Positions 43,530 to 59,305 of a DNA stretch of 64,000 nucleotides are shown here, in pieces. A program made the translations under genes and the position numbers. The DNA lies in the NCBI GenBank assembly GCA_964016885.1, contig OZ024766.1, positions 3,100,001 through 3,164,000 of the forward strand, given 5' to 3'. The notes beneath the pieces are model-generated. The model saw only the letters and a list, made by a program, of their open reading frames with translations, was not told the origin of the DNA and searched no databases. The stretch is from Eledone cirrhosa (taxonomy: Eukaryota). The first letter of the stretch is position 1; every line of letters starts with the position of its first letter.

Positions 43530-44588
43530 ACAGTATATGCCAGCGTACAAGTCAATATTTATAGGCTAAATATCTCACCTGCTCAGTTTCCTAGAAAATT
43601 AGTCATTTCCGACTGATTTTGAGGTTAGGTTTGTTGGAAACACGAAAAAAAACTGGGAGAATTAACAATTTCCCACCCGAAGGACTGACAGGTGCTTTTA
43701 CTGTAAATTTACCTTAAATTAAAACAGATTTAGGCTAACATGTAGACAGATTTAATTAACTTTAAACAACAAAGTACAGCTGAATATAAACTACATATTA
43801 TAATACAAGGTAGTGAAGAACATGATTAAATAGACGGAGGTAATTTAAATAATAAAGACACTCATAATAACAATCTATTTTATATCACATGTAACAGTAG
43901 AATCTAGCTATTGTAAAATAAGACAACATTTCAGTCTAGAAGTATTTTCCTGTATATAAAAGTGACGAGGAAGAAATATGTCCAAAGTTGTTAAATATTT
44001 TCACTTGTATATAATTACTGTATCGTTGAAAGGTTCACATAATTCTATTATTTACACACATTATTATAGACTTCAAGTAAATCTTTCTCAACTTACCCTC
44101 TTCACATGTAATCAATGTGTTGTCTTCTTATATTTTATTAAACAACCAAAGAAATAATCTTCTTGTTGTTGTTGAATAAGAATTTTCAAAAATGTTATCA
44201 GCTTTTCTTTGTCCGCCATTAACGTTGGTGTATCTTCTTGTTCTTTAGCCACAGATTCGTATCTTGTCACGATTAAGCAGTTAAGCTAGCTTTCTTTGTT
44301 TAAGGTATATGTTCCTCGTTGTCTTTCCCAATTCTATGTGTGTATATATATATATATATGTGTGTGTGTGATAATTCAAAATATAAATAAATATACACAT
44401 GAACGTAATAAAAATATATTTTATTATATATATTTCGGAGGTACTGTGCTGTTTTTTTCAGTACGTCCTCATCTGATAAAATATATAAATTGATGTGTGA
44501 CATATCTTAACTGTGCTGATGGTTCAATTCCAGCATTGGCAGTATATATATATAAATATATATATATATGTGTGTGTATGTATATATA

Positions 44589-44637
<49 letters not shown>

Positions 44638-44924
44638 GTGTGTGTATGTGTGAGTATATATATATATATTTCGTTTTTTAATGCTTTGCAAGATTAATTT
44701 TACCTGAAAACTTATGTTGAAACAGATATTGTTATACTTTGGGAGGGTCATTCTGCCAATTAAAACACACACTCCCGTTGTTTTTCAATTCAATTTATTA
44801 TAAATTTCAGGTTGGTTGGTTTAATAACCGGATGGTTGTTTATATATTGCCAAAGCCCTTTCGTCACACACTGTGACCTCCTCATTGACTGGTTTCTTAT
44901 TTTGTGTCTCTCCTGTCCTACACC

Positions 44925-45686
44925 AACTTGTTTTATCGAACGCTGTAGCGCCAGAGGACTGTGTCATTCCCATTGGGAGATTTCGTTGAGTCAGGTCTGC
45001 CTTTATCGTTTCATCCCACGTCTTCTCTAGGTGCCTCCTGTAGCCTTTAAAGTCCTGCACCACTTTAAACAGCTGTCATCCTTCATGTGCATCCTATGAC
45101 CATACCACCAGTCTTCTACCCTGCACACAGCATTTGATCCCTCTTATGCCCTGTTTTGCCCCTAATACATATACACTTTGCTGTTCATGTACAACTTCGT
45201 TACACAGCCAACTGATCATATAGAATTTGTTTCTTTCCAATCTCCATAGGACCTCAGTACTCAGAGCCCATATTTTGCTACCATGTAGCATTGCTGAGTG
45301 CACACAGGCATTGTAAAGTTTGCTTTTTATCTAGAGTGAGAGACCTTTTGTAGTTAACAGTTACAGCAGCTCCCTCAACTTTTTCCAACCCGCTCTTATC
45401 CTTGCAACTCTGCTTTATGCACAGCCTCCTCCTCAGCTGATTTTGTTCCCAAGATAGAAGCTATCAGCAATTTTTATGGGGTCTTCTGTGCATTTAAGGG
45501 CGCCTGCTATGTGAAGGTCTTTGCCTACTTCCCTTGTGCAGCGTTCACATATCAAGTTGGTTTTTCTTGTGATCCTGCCAGTTTTCTCACTACATCACTT
45601 GTGTACCCACTATCTGCATTTGGTACACTAGATACAATTCCTACCTACTCCTTTCCTGCACACTAAGCAGAGCCATTTCCCAGAGT
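44925..45686 (-). mobile_element. Old degenerate RTE LINE fragment, unit 7
   Basis: Paralog of 3800..4560. Confidence 0.85.
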
Positions 45687-46386
45687 ATAATATTTGGTTA
45701 AAATATATTTTATAACACCCCAAAAAATGTTTCTTGTCAGTAAAGAACTAACATCCAATACATTTTACACTATGTATCATCTATTGACAATATGACATTT
45801 TAATAAAATGAGAGTTCTCTGATCATTATTTTACAAATATATTTACCCATCAAGTGCGAAAGGTTAGCGACCATTGCTCTATGTAGAGTGGTTGGTTTTA
45901 GGAAGGGGCATCCAGTCATAGAATCTATGTCAAAAAAAGATTGAGAGGACCCTGCAGCTATGTGAAGGGCACGACAACCTCTCCAGTGTTGGTGATACAA
46001 AATTGCATCCTCACCCAACAGACAAATATGACAGCATAAACCTTTGAGTGATGACAAATATTCACTTCAAAACCCCCAATGTTCATTCAGTCTACAACAT
46101 TATGGGATAGAGGGTCCCTTACTCATACACAACAGGAAATGTGGGTGTTGCCCTCTAAATATTTCTTGTGGCCAGCTACAGTATTAGGTCATGGGATAGA
46201 GGGTCCCTCAATTATACACTACAACAGGAAACGTGGTTGTGGCCAAAAAATAAATTTAAGAAGACAACTATCAGATATGAGAACTACTTTAATCCCATTT
46301 AAAAATAAAATAAAAAAAATAGAAAACAATATTTAGAAGCTGTAGAAATACTAAGGGTTTCCTTGTGATATTAGTTGACAATAGGT

Positions 46387-46875
<489 letters not shown>

Positions 46876-49347
46876 TCAGTGAAGAGGCTTTTCTCCTGTA
46901 TGAAGACGTATATGTCTACTTAACTGATCAGCTCGAGAGAATGATATACCACAGATATCACAGGAATGAGGTTTCTCTCCTGTATGAATACGTTTATGTG
47001 TAGTTAAATGCGATGACGAAGAGAATGACTTTCCACAGATATCACAAGGATGAGGCTTCTCTCCAGTATGACTATATTTATGTACAGTTAATTGACCTGA
47101 CTGAGAGAATGACTTTCCACAGATTTCACAGTGATAAGGTTTATTTCCTGTATGAATATATTTGTGTAGAGTTAAACTACTCGACTGAGAGAATGACTTA
47201 CCACAGATATCACATTCATGAGGTTTCTCTCCTGTATGAATGAATTTATGTCTAGTTAAGTGAGCATTTTGAGAGAATGATTCACCACAGATATCACAGT
47301 GATAAGGTTTTTCTCCTGTATGAATACGTATGTGTCCAGTTAAATTGCTCGCCGCAGCGAATGACTTACCACAGATATCACAGTGATGAGCTTTCTCTCC
47401 TGTATGAATGAATTTATGTCTAGTTAAGTGAGCATTTCGAGAGAATGATTCACCACAGATATCACAGTGATGAGGCTTCTCTCCTGTATGAATATATTTA
47501 TGTCTAGATAAACTACTTGACTGAGAGAATAACTTACCACAGATATCGCAGTGATGAGGTTTCTCTCCTGTATGAATACGTTTATGTGTAGTTAAATGCG
47601 CTGACCAAGAGAATGATTTACCACAGATATCACAGTGATGAGGTTTCTCTCCAGTATGACTATATTTATGTACAGTTAACTGACCTGACTGAGAGAATGA
47701 CTTTCCACAGATATCACAGTGATGAGGTTTCTCTCCTGTATGACTATATTTATGTACAGTTAACCGACTTGACTGAGAGAATGACTTACCACAGATTTCA
47801 CAGTGATAAGGTTTATTTCCTGTATGAATATATTTGTGTAGAGTTAAATTACTCGACTGAGAGAATGACTTACCACAGATATCACATTGATGAGCTTTCT
47901 CTCCGGTATGAATGAATTTATGCCTAGTTAAGTTATCATTTTGAGAGAATGATTTACCACAGATATCACAGTGATGAGGCTTCTCTCCTGTATGTAGACG
48001 TATGTGTTTAGTTAAATGATGATTACGAGAGAATGATTTACCACAGATATCACAGTGATGAGGCTTCTCTCCTGTATGACTATATTTATGTACAGTTAAT
48101 CGACTCGGCACAGAGAATGATTTACCACAGATTTCACAGTGATAAGGTTTTTCTCCTGTATGAATACGTATGTGTTCAGCTAAATTGCTCCGCGCAGCGA
48201 ATGGTTTACCACAGATATCACAGTGATGAGGTTTCTCTCCTGTATGACTAGATTTATGTAGAGTTAATCTACTCGAATGAGAGAATGACTTACCACAGAT
48301 ATCACAGTGATGAGGTTTCTCTCCTGTATGACTAGATTTATGTAGAGTTAAACTACTCGAATGAGAGAATGACTTACCACAGATTTCACAGTGATAAGGT
48401 TTTTCTCCTGTATGAATGTATTTATGTCGAGTTAAACTAATGGAGTGAGAGAATGACTTACCACAGGTTTCACAGTGATAAGGTTTTTCTCCTGTATGAA
48501 TGTATTTATGTCGAGTTAAACTAATGGAGTGAGAGAATGACTTACCACAGGTTTCACAGTGATAAGGTTTTTCTCCTGTATGAATACGTATGTGTCCAGT
48601 TAAATTGCTCCGCGCAGCGAATGATTTACCACAGATATCACAGTGATAAGGTTTCTCTCCTGTATGAATACGTTTATGTGTAGTTAAATGCGCTGACAAA
48701 GAGAATGACTTTCCACAGATATCACATGGATGAGGCTTCTCTCCTGTATGACTATATTTATGTACAGTTAATTGACCTGACTGAGAGAATGACTTTCCAC
48801 ATATATCACAGTGATGAGGCTTCTCTCCTGTATGACTATATTTATGTACAGTTAATTGACCTGACTGAGAGAATGACTTCCCACATATATCACAGTGATA
48901 AGGTTTTTCTCCTGTATGAATACGTATGTGTTCAGTTAAATTGATTGGCGCAGCGAATGACTTACCACAGATATCACAGTGATGACGCTTCTCTCTGGTA
49001 TGAATACGTTTATGTGTAGTTAAATGCGCTGACAAAGAGAATGACTTTCCACAGATATCACAGTGATGAGGTTTCTCTCCTGTATGAATACGTATGTGTT
49101 CAGTTAAGTCACCCTTACACGAGAATGATTTACCACAGATATCACAGTGACGGGGTTTCTCTCCTGTATGGACAGATTTGTGTCTACTTAAACTACTTGA
49201 CATAGAAAATGATTTACCACAGATGTCACACTGATGAGGCTTCTCTCCTGTATGAATACGTATGTGTTTAGTTAAGAAACCCAACACAGAGAATGATTTA
49301 CCACAGTTATCACAGTCGTATGATGATTTTTTGTTCCTCTTTGACAT
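46876..49347 (-). CDS. Poly-C2H2 zinc-finger protein, 29 fingers (ZNF-8)
   Basis: 823-aa finger ORF. Confidence 0.93.
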   Translation of the reverse strand: MSKRNKKSSYDCDNCGKSFSVLGFLTKHIRIHTGEKPHQCDICGKSFSMSSSLSRHKSVHTGEKPRHCDICGKSFSCKGDLTEHIRIHTGEKPHHCDICGKSFSLSAHLTTHKRIHTREKRHHCDICGKSFAAPINLTEHIRIHTGEKPYHCDICGKSFSQSGQLTVHKYSHTGEKPHHCDICGKSFSQSGQLTVHKYSHTGEKPHPCDICGKSFSLSAHLTTHKRIHTGEKPYHCDICGKSFAARSNLTGHIRIHTGEKPYHCETCGKSFSHSISLTRHKYIHTGEKPYHCETCGKSFSHSISLTRHKYIHTGEKPYHCEICGKSFSHSSSLTLHKSSHTGEKPHHCDICGKSFSHSSRLTLHKSSHTGEKPHHCDICGKPFAARSNLAEHIRIHTGEKPYHCEICGKSFSVPSRLTVHKYSHTGEKPHHCDICGKSFSRNHHLTKHIRLHTGEKPHHCDICGKSFSQNDNLTRHKFIHTGEKAHQCDICGKSFSQSSNLTLHKYIHTGNKPYHCEICGKSFSQSSRLTVHKYSHTGEKPHHCDICGKSFSQSGQLTVHKYSHTGEKPHHCDICGKSFSWSAHLTTHKRIHTGEKPHHCDICGKLFSQSSSLSRHKYIHTGEKPHHCDICGESFSRNAHLTRHKFIHTGEKAHHCDICGKSFAAASNLTGHIRIHTGEKPYHCDICGESFSQNAHLTRHKFIHTGEKPHECDICGKSFSQSSSLTLHKYIHTGNKPYHCEICGKSFSQSGQLTVHKYSHTGEKPHPCDICGKSFSSSSHLTTHKRIHTGEKPHSCDICGISFSRADQLSRHIRLHTGEKPLH

Positions 49348-50756
49348 CTCTTCAGGTAAAAATATTTTTGCACAGCAGAAAATAAAGATGTTTTTTCTTG
49401 GTCTTCTTTTTATAGTTTATTCCTAATAAATATTTTCAAAGTTAAATTTCCATCAACTTTGATTTTTGTTGACACCTGAAAATGATGCAAATTCCTTTAT
49501 AGATTTACCCAAGTTTAATAAGAATACTATATCTTCTTCTACACTTTCCAGATAGTGAGGAGATAAATTATTTAATGAACCTCAGTTCAGAAGAAATACT
49601 TCACTGTAAGTCATCAAATGCTGATATAAAAAGACTTATATGAATACTGTGTAAAATGTTGTGTTAGTTTTTGAAAGATATTGTTGTTGTATCCGAAGTT
49701 AAAATTTCTCTTCTGTCAATGTCATGTGATATTCTGAAATAGCAGAGAAAACAAAATAAGATATGGAGAATGTTGAAATGTGATTCAATAATGGAAATTT
49801 TACATTTCTATATTGATAAACTGTATATATAAACTTTCAGCTGAATAATTAAACTTTTCAATGTGTAAAAGTGTATTATACATCATGTGTGTGCATATAT
49901 ATTATATATACATTATATGCCAGCGTACAAGTCAATATTTATAGGCTAAAAATCTCACCTGCTCAGTTTCCTAGAAAATGAGTCATTTCCGACTGATTTT
50001 GAGGTTAGGTTTGTTGGAAACACGAAAACAAACTAGGAAAATTAACAATTTCCCACCTGACGACTGACAGGTGGTTTTGCTGTAAATTTACCTTAAATTA
50101 AAACAGATTTAGGCTAACATGTAGACAGATTTAATTAACTTTAAACAACAAAGTACAGCTGAATATAAACTATATATTATAATACAAGGTAGTGAACAAC
50201 ATGATTAAATAGACGGAGGTAACTTAAATAATAAGGACACTCATAATAACAATCTATTTTATATCACATGTAACAGTAGAATCTAGCTATTGTAAAATAA
50301 GACAACATTTCAGTCTAGAAGTATTTTCCTGTATATAAAAGTGACGAGGAAGAAATATGTCCAAAGTTGTTAAATATTTTCACTTGTATATAATTACTGT
50401 ATCGTTGAAAGGTTCACATAATTCTATTATTTACACACATTATTATAGACTTCAAGTAAATCTTTCTCAACTTACCCTCTTCACATGTAATCAATGTGTT
50501 GTCCTCTTATATTTTATTAAACAACCAAAGAAATAATCTTCTTGTTGTTGTTGAATAAGAATTTCCAAAGATTTTATCAGCTTTTCTTTGTCCGCCATTA
50601 ATGTTGGTGTATCTTCTTATTCTTTAGCCACAGATTCGTATCTTGTCACGATGAAGCTGTTAAGCTAGCTTTCTTTGTTTAAGGTATATGTTCCTCGTTG
50701 TCTTTCCCATTTGCCTCTCTACGCATGTGTATCTGTGTTTATATATATATATATTA

Positions 50757-51568
50757 GGCATTGGTAAAATATAACGTCCGGGAAAGTGAAACTAATTTTT
50801 ATGACAAGTGAATGTGTTTGTTTGTTTTTTTTTTTACACTGAAAATTACGATACAGTTTGTTTATTTACAACAGGTCTCTATAGTGATATGGTGTTAATT
50901 AGTATTGCGTGTGTGATTACTTTCTCTTATATATATATGTGTGGGTGTGTATATGTGTGTATATATATATGTGTGTCCGTATGTATATATATATATGTCT
51001 GTTTGTATATATATATATGTTTGTGTCATCATCATCGTTTAGATGTTTTTGTAATATCTTGCCAAAGTTGGCACCAACTTTCTGTCCCCCAAAGGAATTA
51101 AGGCCGGGTCATAAGAAGGACAGAGAATGATAAAGGATTTGGGTCAGAGATATTGAGGAAATTCAAGGTGGCATTTACCTCCATGATGTTGTTGTGCATC
51201 AACGGAACTTTGTCGATCCTGAAGACCCTAATGTGCACACACAACTCATAGAGAACACTTGGAGCCGTGCGAAGAAAAAGCTCCGTCGACAACATGGGAC
51301 AAGCGACGATTTATTCCCCTCGTATTTAGCTGAATTTCTTTGGCGGCAGAGAGTTGGTGCCAACAAATTTGGCGAGATGATCAACTGTATTTCAGCTATT
51401 TATACGGTCTAATAAGGATGTTGATAAGGTAAGTATAATTTTCCGTACACACAATACACAAAAAAAGAAAAAGAAAAAATAATCACACACGCAATACTAA
51501 AAAACAAACACATTCACTTGTCATAAAAATTAGTTTCACTTTCCCGGACGTTATATTTTACCAATGCC
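50757..51568 (+). mobile_element. Merlin derivative, unit 8
   Basis: Same TIRs, TSD and transposase remnant (51194..51412). Confidence 0.88.
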
Positions 51569-51746
51569 TATGTATTAATTCAAAATATAAATAAATATAG
51601 ACATAAACGTAATAAAAATATATTTTATTATATATATTTCGGAGGTACTGTGCTGTTTTTTTTCAGTACGTCCTCATCTGATAAAATATATAAATTGATG
51701 TGTGACATATCTTAACTGTGCTGATGGTTCAATTCCAGCATTGGCA

Positions 51747-51812
<66 letters not shown>

Positions 51813-51817
51813 ATATA

Positions 51818-51851
<34 letters not shown>

Positions 51852-51854
51852 CAC

Positions 51855-51892
<38 letters not shown>

Positions 51893-52177
51893 GTGTGTGT
51901 ATGTGTGAGTATATATATTTCGTTTTTTAATGCTTTGCAAGATTATTTTTACCTGAAAACTTATGTTGAAACAGATATTGTTATACTTTGGGAGGGTCAT
52001 TCTGCCAATTAAAACACACACTCCCGTTGTTTTTCAATTCAATTTATTATAAATTTCAGGTTGGTTGGTTGGTTTAATAACCGGATGGTTGTTTATATAT
52101 TGCCAAAGCCCTTTCGTCACACACTGTGACCTCCTCATTGACTGGTTTCTTATTTTGTGTCTCTCCTGTCCTACACC

Positions 52178-52939
52178 AACTTGTTTTATTGAACGCTGTA
52201 ACACCAGAGGACTGTGTCATTCCCATTGGGAGATTTCGTTGAGTCAGGTCTGCCTTTATCATTTCATCCCACGTCTTCTCTAGGTGCTTCCTGTAGCCTT
52301 TAAAGTCCTGCACCACTTTAAACAGCTGTCATCCTTCATGTGCATCCTATGACCATACCACCAGTCTTCTACCCTGCACACAGCATTTGATCCCTCTTAT
52401 GCCCTGTTTTGCCCCTAATACATATACACTTTGCCGTTCATGTACAACTTTGTTACACATCCATCTGATCATATAGACTTTGTTTCTTTCCAATCTCCAT
52501 AGGACCTCAGTACTCAGAGCCCATATTTTGCTACCATGTAGCATTGCTGAGTGCACACAGGCATTGTAAAGTTTGCTTTTTATCTAGAGTGAGAGACCTT
52601 TTGTAGTTAACAGTTGCAGCAGCTCCCTCAACATTTTCTAACCTGTTCTTATCCTTGCAACTCTGCTTTATGCACAGCCTCCTCCTCAGCTGATTTTGTT
52701 CCCAAGATAGAAGCTATCAGCAATTTTTATGGGGTGTTCTGTGCATTTAAGGGCACCTGCTATGTGAAGGTCTTTGCCAACTTCCCTTGCACAGCGTTCA
52801 CATATCAAGTTTTTTTTTCTTGTGATCCTGCCAGTTTTCTCACTACATCACGTGTGTACCCACTATCTGCATTTGGTACACTAGATACAATTCCTACCTA
52901 CTCCTTTCCTGCACACTAAGCAGAGCCATTTCCCAGAGT
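52178..52939 (-). mobile_element. Old degenerate RTE LINE fragment, unit 8
   Basis: Paralog of 3800..4560. Confidence 0.85.
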
Positions 52940-53640
52940 ATAATATTTGGTTAAAATATATTTTATAACACCCCAAAAAATGTTTCTTGTCAGTAAAGAA
53001 CTAACATCCAATACATTTTACACTATGTATCATCTATTGACAATATGACATTTTAATAAAATGAGAGTTCTCTGATCATTATTTTACAAATATATTTACC
53101 CGTGAAGTGCGAAAGGTCGGCGACCATTGCTCTATGTAGAGTGGTTGGTTTTAGGAAGGGGCATCCAGTCATAGAAGCTATGTCAAAAAAAGATTGAGAG
53201 GACCCTGCAGCTATGTGAAGGGCATGACAACCTCTCCAGTGTTGGTGATACAAAATTGCATGCTCACCCAACAGACAAATATGACAGCATAGACCTTTGA
53301 GTGATGACAAATATTCACTTCAAAACCCCCAATGTCCATTCAGTCTACAACATTATGGGATAGAGGGTCCCTTACTCATACACAACAGGAAATCTGGGTG
53401 TTGCCCTCTAAATATTTCTTGTGGCCAGCTACAGCATTATGTCATGGGATAGAGGGTCCCTCAATTATACACTACAACAGGGAACGTGGTTGTTGCCAAA
53501 AATAAAATTTAAGAAGACAACTATCAGATATGAGAATAACTTTAATCCCATTTAAAAATAAAATTAAAAAAATAGGAAAACAATATTTAGAAGCTGTAGA
53601 AATACTAAGCGTTTCCTTGTGATATTAGTTGACAATAAGT

Positions 53641-54126
<486 letters not shown>

Positions 54127-56766
54127 TCAGTGATGAGGTTTCTCTCCTGTATGAAGACGTATATGTCTAGTTAACTGATCAGCTCGAGAGAATGATTTAC
54201 CACAGATATCACAGGAATGAGGCTTCTCTCCTGTATGAATACGTTTATGTGTAGTTAAATGCGCTGACAAAGAGAATGACTTTCCACAGATATCACAAGG
54301 ATGAGGCTTCTCGCCAGTATGACTATATTTATGAACAGTTAATTGACCTGACTGAGAGAATGACTTTCCACAGATATCACAGTGATGAGGCTTCTCTCCT
54401 GTATGACTATATTTATGTACAGTTAACTGACTTGACAGGGAGAATGACTTCCCACAGATTTCACAGTGATAAGGTTTCTTTCCTGTGTGAATATATTTAT
54501 GTTTAGATAAAATACTTGGTTGAGAGAATGACTTACCACAGATATCACATTCATGAGGTTTCTCTCCTGTATGAATGTATTTATGTGTAGTTAAGTGATC
54601 ATTTCGAGAGAATGATTCACCACAGATATCACAGTGATGAGGCTTCTCTCCTGTATGAATATATTTATGTTTAGATAAACTACTTGACTGAGAGAATGAC
54701 TTACCACAGATATCACAGTGATGAGGCTTCTCTCCTGTATGAATACGTTTATGTGTAGTTAATTGACCTGACTGAGAGAATGACTTTCTACAGATATCAC
54801 AGTGATGAGGCTTCTCTCCTGTATGACTATATTTATGTTTAGATAAACTACTTGACAGGGAGAATGACTTCCCACAGATTTCACAGTGATAAGGTTTCTT
54901 TCCTGTATGAAGATATTTGTGTCGAGTTAAACTACTCGACTGAGAGAATGACTTACCACAGATATCACATTCATGAGGTTTCTCTCCTGTATGAATGTAT
55001 TTATGTGTAGTTAAGTGATCATTTCGAGAGAATGATTCACCACAGATATCACAGTGATGAGGCTTCTCTCCTGTATGAATATATTTATGTTTAGATAAAC
55101 TACTTGACTGAGAGAATGACTTACCACAGATATCACAGTGATGAGGCTTCTCTCCTGTATGAATACGTTTATGTGTAGTTAAATGTGCTGACCAAGAGAA
55201 TGACTTTCCACAGATATCACAAGGATGAGGCTTCTCTCCAGTATGACTATATTTATGTACAGTTAATTGACCTGACTGAGAGAATGATTTACCACAGATA
55301 TCACAGTGATGAGGCTTCTCTCCTGTATGAAGATATTTATGTACAGTTAATTGACCTGACTGAGAGAATGACTTTCCACAGATATCACAGTGATGAGGCT
55401 TCTCTCCTGTATGACTATATTTATGTACAGTTAAGTGACTTGACCGGGAGAATGACTTCCCACAGATTTCACAATGATGAGGCTGCTCTCCTGTATGAAG
55501 ATATTTGTGTTTACTTAAATTACTCGACTGAGAGAATGACTTACCACAGATATCACAGTGATGAGGCTTCTCTCCTGTATGAATGAATTTATGTTTAGTT
55601 AAGTAATCATTGTGAGAGAATGATTCACCACAGATATCACAGTGATAAGGTTTCTCTCCTGTATGAATATATTTATGTCTAGATAAACTACTTGACCGAG
55701 AGAATAACTTACCACAGATATCACAGTGATGAGGTTTCTCTCCTGTATGAATACGTTTATGTGTCGCTAAATGCGCTGACAAAGAGAATGACTTTCCACA
55801 GATATCACAAGGATGAGGCTTCTCTCCAGTATGACTATATTTATGTACAGTTAATTGACCTGACTGAGAGAATGACTTTCCACATATATCACAGTGATGA
55901 GGCTTCTCTCCTGTATGACTATATTTATGTACAGTTAACTGACTTGACCAGGAGAATGACTTACTACAGATTTCACAGTGATAAGGTTTATTTCCTGTAT
56001 GAATATATTTGTGTAGAGTTAAACTACTCGACTGAGAGAATGACTTACCACAGATATCACAGTGATGAGGCTTCTCTCCTGTATGACTATATTTATGTAC
56101 AGTTAATCGACTCGGCACAGAGAATGATTTACCACAGATTTCACAGTGATAAGGTTTTTCTCCTGTATGAATACGTATGTGTTCAGCTAAATTGCTCCGC
56201 GCAGCGAATGGTTTACCACAGATATCACAGTGATGAGGTTTCTCTCCTGTATGACTATATTTATGTACAGTTAATTGACCTGACTGAGAGAATGACTTCC
56301 CACATATATCACAGTGATAAGGTTTTTCTCCTGTATGAATACGTATGTGTTCAGTTAAATTGATTGGCGCAGCGAATGACTTACCACAGATATCACAGTG
56401 ATGACGCTTCTCTCTGGTATGAATACGTTTATGTGTAGTTAAATGCGCTGACAAAGAGAATGACTTTCCACAGATATCACAGTGATGAGGTTTCTCTCCT
56501 GTATGAATACGTATGTGTTCAGTTAAGTCACCCTTACACGAGAATGATTTACCACAGATATCACAGTGACGGGGTTTCTCTCCTGTATGGACAGATTTGT
56601 GTCTACTTAAACTACTTGACATAGAAAATGATTTACCACAGATGTCACACTGATGAGGCTTCTCTCCTGTATGAATACGTATGTGTTTAGTTAAGAAACC
56701 CAACACAGAGAATGATTTACCACAGTTATCACAGTCGTATGATGATTTTTTGTTCCTCCTTGACAT
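54127..56766 (-). CDS. Poly-C2H2 zinc-finger protein, 31 fingers (ZNF-9)
   Basis: 879-aa finger ORF. Confidence 0.93.
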   Translation of the reverse strand: MSRRNKKSSYDCDNCGKSFSVLGFLTKHIRIHTGEKPHQCDICGKSFSMSSSLSRHKSVHTGEKPRHCDICGKSFSCKGDLTEHIRIHTGEKPHHCDICGKSFSLSAHLTTHKRIHTREKRHHCDICGKSFAAPINLTEHIRIHTGEKPYHCDICGKSFSQSGQLTVHKYSHTGEKPHHCDICGKPFAARSNLAEHIRIHTGEKPYHCEICGKSFSVPSRLTVHKYSHTGEKPHHCDICGKSFSQSSSLTLHKYIHTGNKPYHCEICSKSFSWSSQLTVHKYSHTGEKPHHCDICGKSFSQSGQLTVHKYSHTGEKPHPCDICGKSFSLSAHLATHKRIHTGEKPHHCDICGKLFSRSSSLSRHKYIHTGEKPYHCDICGESFSHNDYLTKHKFIHTGEKPHHCDICGKSFSQSSNLSKHKYLHTGEQPHHCEICGKSFSRSSHLTVHKYSHTGEKPHHCDICGKSFSQSGQLTVHKYLHTGEKPHHCDICGKSFSQSGQLTVHKYSHTGEKPHPCDICGKSFSWSAHLTTHKRIHTGEKPHHCDICGKSFSQSSSLSKHKYIHTGEKPHHCDICGESFSRNDHLTTHKYIHTGEKPHECDICGKSFSQSSSLTRHKYLHTGKKPYHCEICGKSFSLSSSLSKHKYSHTGEKPHHCDICRKSFSQSGQLTTHKRIHTGEKPHHCDICGKSFSQSSSLSKHKYIHTGEKPHHCDICGESFSRNDHLTTHKYIHTGEKPHECDICGKSFSQPSILSKHKYIHTGKKPYHCEICGKSFSLSSQLTVHKYSHTGEKPHHCDICGKSFSQSGQLTVHKYSHTGEKPHPCDICGKSFSLSAHLTTHKRIHTGEKPHSCDICGKSFSRADQLTRHIRLHTGEKPHH

Positions 56767-58173
56767 CTCTTCAGGTAAAAATATTTTTGCACAGCAGAAA
56801 ATAAAGATGTTTTTTCTTGGTCTTCTTTTTATAGTTTATTCCTAATAAATATTTTCAAAGTTAAATTTCCATCAACTTTGATTTTTGTTGACACCTGAAA
56901 ATGATGCAAATTCCTTTATAGATTTACCCAAGTTTAATAAGAATACTATATCTTCTTCTACACTTTCCAGATAGTGAGGAGATAAATTATTTAATGAACC
57001 TCAGTTCAGAAGAAATACTTCACTGTAAGTCATCAAATGCTGATATAAAAAGACTTATATGAATACTGTGTAAAATGTTGTGTTAGTTTTTGAAAGATAT
57101 TGTTGTTGTATCCGAAGTTAAAATTTCTCTTCTGTCAATGTCATGTGATATTCTGAAATAGCAGAGAAAACAAAATAAGATATGGAGAATGTTGAAATGT
57201 GATTCAATAATGGAAATTTTACATTTCTATATTGATAAACTGTATATATAAACTTTCAGCTGAATAATTAAACTTTTCAATGTGTAAAAGTGTATTATAC
57301 ATCATGTGTGTGCATATATATTATATATACATTATATGCCAGCGTACAAGTCAATATTTATAGGCTAAAAATCTCACCTGCTCAGTTTCCTAGAAAATGA
57401 GTCATTTCCGACTGATTTTGAGGTTAGGTTTGTTGGAAACACGAAAACAAACTAGGAAAATTAACAATTTCCCACCTGACGACTGACAGGTGGTTTTGCT
57501 GTAAATTTACCTTAAATTAAAACAGATTTAGGCTAACATGTAGACAGATTTAATTAACTTTAAACAACAAAGTACAGCTGAATATAAACTATATATTATA
57601 ATACAAGGTAGTGAACAACATGATTAAATAGACGGAGGTAATTTAAATAATAAGGACACTCATAATAACAATCTATTTTATATCACATGTAACAGTAGAA
57701 TCTAGCTATTGTAAAATAAGACAACATTTCAGTCTAGAAGTATTTTCCTGTATATAAAAGTGACGAGGAAGAAATATGTCCAAAGTTGTTAAATATTTTC
57801 ACTTGTATATAATTACTGTATCGTTGAAAGGTTCACATAATTCTATTATTTACACACATTATTATAGACTTCAAGTAAATCTTTCTCAACTTACCCTCTT
57901 CACATGTAATCAATGTGTTGTCTTCTTATATTTTATTAAACAACCAAAGAAATAATCTTCTTGTTGTTGTTGAATAAGAATTTCCAAAGATTTTATCAGC
58001 TTTTCTTTGTCCGCCATTAACGTTGGTGTATCTTCTTATTCTTTAGCCACAGATTCGTATCTTGTCACGATGAAGCTGTTAAGCTAGCTTTCTTTGTTTA
58101 AGGTATATGTTCCTCGTTGTCTTTCCCATTTGCCTCTCTACGCATGTGTATCTGTTTATATATATATATATTA

Positions 58174-58985
58174 GGCATTGGTAAAATATAACGTCCGGGA
58201 AAGTGAAACTAATTTTTATGACAAGTGAATGTGTTTGTTTGTTTTTTTTTTTACACTGAAAATTACGATACAGTTTGTTTATTTACAACAGGTCTCTATA
58301 GTGATATGGTGTTAATTAGTATTGCGTGTGTGATTACTTTCTCTTATATATATATGTGTGGGTGTGTATATGTGTGTATATATATATGTGTGTCCGTATG
58401 TATATATATATATGTCTGTTTGTATATATATATGTGTTTGTGTCATCATCATCGTTTAGATGTTTTTGTAATATCTTGCCAAAGTTGGCACCAACTTTCT
58501 GTCCCCCAAAGGAATTAAGGCCGGGTCATAAGAAGGACAGAGAATGATAAAGGATTTGGGTCAGAGATATTGAGGAAATTCAAGGTGGCATTTACCTCCA
58601 TGATGTTGTTGTGCACCAACGGAACTTTGTCGATCCTGAAGACCCTAATGTGCACACACAACTCATAGAGAACACTTGGAGCCGTGCGAAGAAAAAGCTC
58701 CGTCGACAACATGGGACAAGCGACGATTTATTCCCCTCGTATTTAGCTGAATTTCTTTGGCGGCAGAGAGTTGGTGCCAACAAATTTGGCGAGATGATCA
58801 ACTGTATTTCAGCTATTTATACGGTCTAATAAGGATGTTGATAAGGTAAGTATAATTTTCCGTACACACAATACACAAAAAAAGAAAAAGAAAAAATAAT
58901 CACACACGCAATACTAAAAAACAAACACATTCACTTGTCATAAAAATTAGTTTCACTTTCCCGGACGTTATATTTTACCAATGCC
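58174..58985 (+). mobile_element. Merlin derivative, unit 9
   Basis: Same TIRs, TSD and transposase remnant (58611..58829). Confidence 0.88.
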
Positions 58986-59163
58986 TATGTATTAATTCAA
59001 AATATAAATAAATATAGACATAAACGTAATAAAAATATATTTTATTATATATATTTCGGAGGTACTGTGCTGTTTTTTTTCAGTACGTCCTCATCTGATA
59101 AAATATATAAATTGATGTGTGACATATCTTAACTGTGCTGATGGTTCAATTCCAGCATTGGCA

Positions 59164-59229
<66 letters not shown>

Positions 59230-59267
59230 ATGTATATATATATATGTGTATATATATATATATACAC

Positions 59268-59305
<38 letters not shown>

